This document shows, piece after piece, positions 62,901-64,000 of a stretch of 64,000 nucleotides of DNA (position 1 is its first letter; each line of letters starts with the position of its first letter). The DNA is from Mobula hypostoma. Its lineage: Eukaryota. The notes under the pieces were generated by a model. That model was not told the origin of the DNA. It did not search any database and saw only the letters and a program-made list of their open reading frames with translations. The position numbers were made by a program, and so were the translations under genes. The DNA lies in NCBI RefSeq assembly GCF_963921235.1, contig NC_086108.1:5022001-5086000 (forward strand), given 5' to 3'.

Positions 62901-64000
62901 GTTACAGTGAGGGGGGAATCCCTCTAAGAGTGTCAGTGGTTACAGTGAGGGGGGGAATCCCTGTACGAGTGTCAGTGGTTACAGTGAGGGAGGGAATCCC
63001 TGTACGACTGTCAGTGGTTACAGTGAGGGAGGGAATCCCTCTACGGGTGTCAGTGGTTACAGTGAGGGGGGGAATATCTGTACGAGTGTCAGTGGTTACA
63101 GTGAGGGGGGGAATCCCTGTACGAGTGTCAGTGGTTACAGTGAGGGAGGGAATCCCTGTACGAGTGTCAGTGGTTACAGTGGGGGGGGGAATCCCTGTAT
63201 GAGTGTCAGTGGTTACAGTAAGGGAGGGAATCCCTCTACGAGTGTCAGTGGTTACAGTGAGGGGGGAATCCCTGTACGAGTGTCAGTGATTACAGTAAGG
63301 GGGAGGGAATCCCTGTATGAGAGTCAGTGGTTACAGTGACGGGGGGAATCCCTGTATGAGTGTCAGTGGTTACAGTGAGGGGGAGAGTCCCTGTACGAGT
63401 GTCAGTGGTTACAGTGAGGGGGGAATCCCTGTACGACTGTCAGTGGTTACAGTGAGGGGGAGAATCCCTATACGAGTGTCAGTGGTTACAGTGAGGGGGG
63501 AATCCCTCTAAGAGTGTCAGTGGTTACAGTGAGGGGGGGAATCCCTGTACGAGTGTCAGTGGTTACAGTGAGGGAGGGAATCCCTGTACGAGTGTCAGTG
63601 GTTACAGTGAGGGAGGGAATCCCTGTACGAGTGTCAGTGGTTACAGTGAGGGGGGGAATCCCTGTACGAGTGTCAGTGGTTACAGTGAGGGGGGGAATCC
63701 CTGTACGAGTGTCAGTGGTTACAGTGAGGGGGGGGAATCCCTGTACGAGTGTCAGTGGTTACAGTGAGGGAGGGAATCCCTGTATGAGTGTCAGTGGTTA
63801 CAGTCAGTGGGGGAAATCCCTGTACGAGTGTCAGTGGTTACAGTGACGGGGGGGGAATCCCTGTACGAGTGTCAGTGGTTACAGTGGGGGGGGGAATCCC
63901 TGTACGAGTGTCAGTGGTTACAGTGAGGGGGGGGGAATCCCTGTACGAGTGTCAGTGGTTACAGTGAGGGAGGTAATCCCTGTACGAGTGTCAGTGGTTA
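20901..64000 (+). repeat. ~39-bp G-rich satellite, >=43 kb, roughly 1,100 units, running off the window end
   Basis: Conserved core AATCCCTGTACGAGTGTCAGTGGTTACAGT (30 bp) plus a variable G-rich linker (GAGGGGGGG, GAGGGAGGG, GACGGGGGG, CAGTGGGGGG etc.). No inserted non-satellite sequence was seen. Confidence 0.99.

Noticed and set aside
20960..63846. Hundreds of ORFs (IPVRVSVVTVRGG / NPCTSVSGYSEGG repeats, some Cys-rich or EGF-looking)
   Set aside because: A 39-bp unit equals 13 codons with two stop-free frames. G-run indels switch frame constantly, so no frame is under selection.
20901..64000. CRISPR-like look (30-bp constant repeat plus variable spacer)
   Set aside because: Linkers are only about 8-15 bp, low-complexity and reused. 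There are no cas genes and the context is eukaryotic.
20901..64000. RSS-heptamer-like TACAGTG / CACTGTA in each unit
   Set aside because: The plus-strand word lacks the essential CAC, and no ACAAAAACC-like nonamer lies at 12 or 23 bp on either strand.

Overview
Repeat-rich vertebrate genomic DNA. The repeat families suggest a cartilaginous fish, probably a ray (inference). No host protein-coding exon could be identified. Positions 1-19.9 kb are a patchwork of decayed mobile elements: Penelope-like elements (PLEs, with minimal hammerhead-ribozyme motifs and fold-back structure), RTE, CR1 and Rex1/Babar LINE fragments, tRNA-type SINE pieces, a Tc1 transposase, a Chapaev3-like transposase fragment, and a hAT/Charlie element with TIRs and an 8-bp TSD. 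A 3.4-kb array of 57-bp units (12.7-16.1 kb) has expanded inside one PLE end. About 19.95-20.9 kb is a CpG-island promoter (ZNF143-type ACTACAnnTCCC, NRF1, CCAAT, GC-box and RFX X-box motifs) with candidate minus-strand first exons. It is directly abutted by a G-rich ~39-bp satellite of at least 43 kb (20.9 kb to the window end, roughly 1,100 units) with layered higher-order repeats and an NF-kB-like GGG(G)AATCCC word at most unit junctions. The hundreds of ORFs in the two arrays are artefacts of unit lengths divisible by 3.
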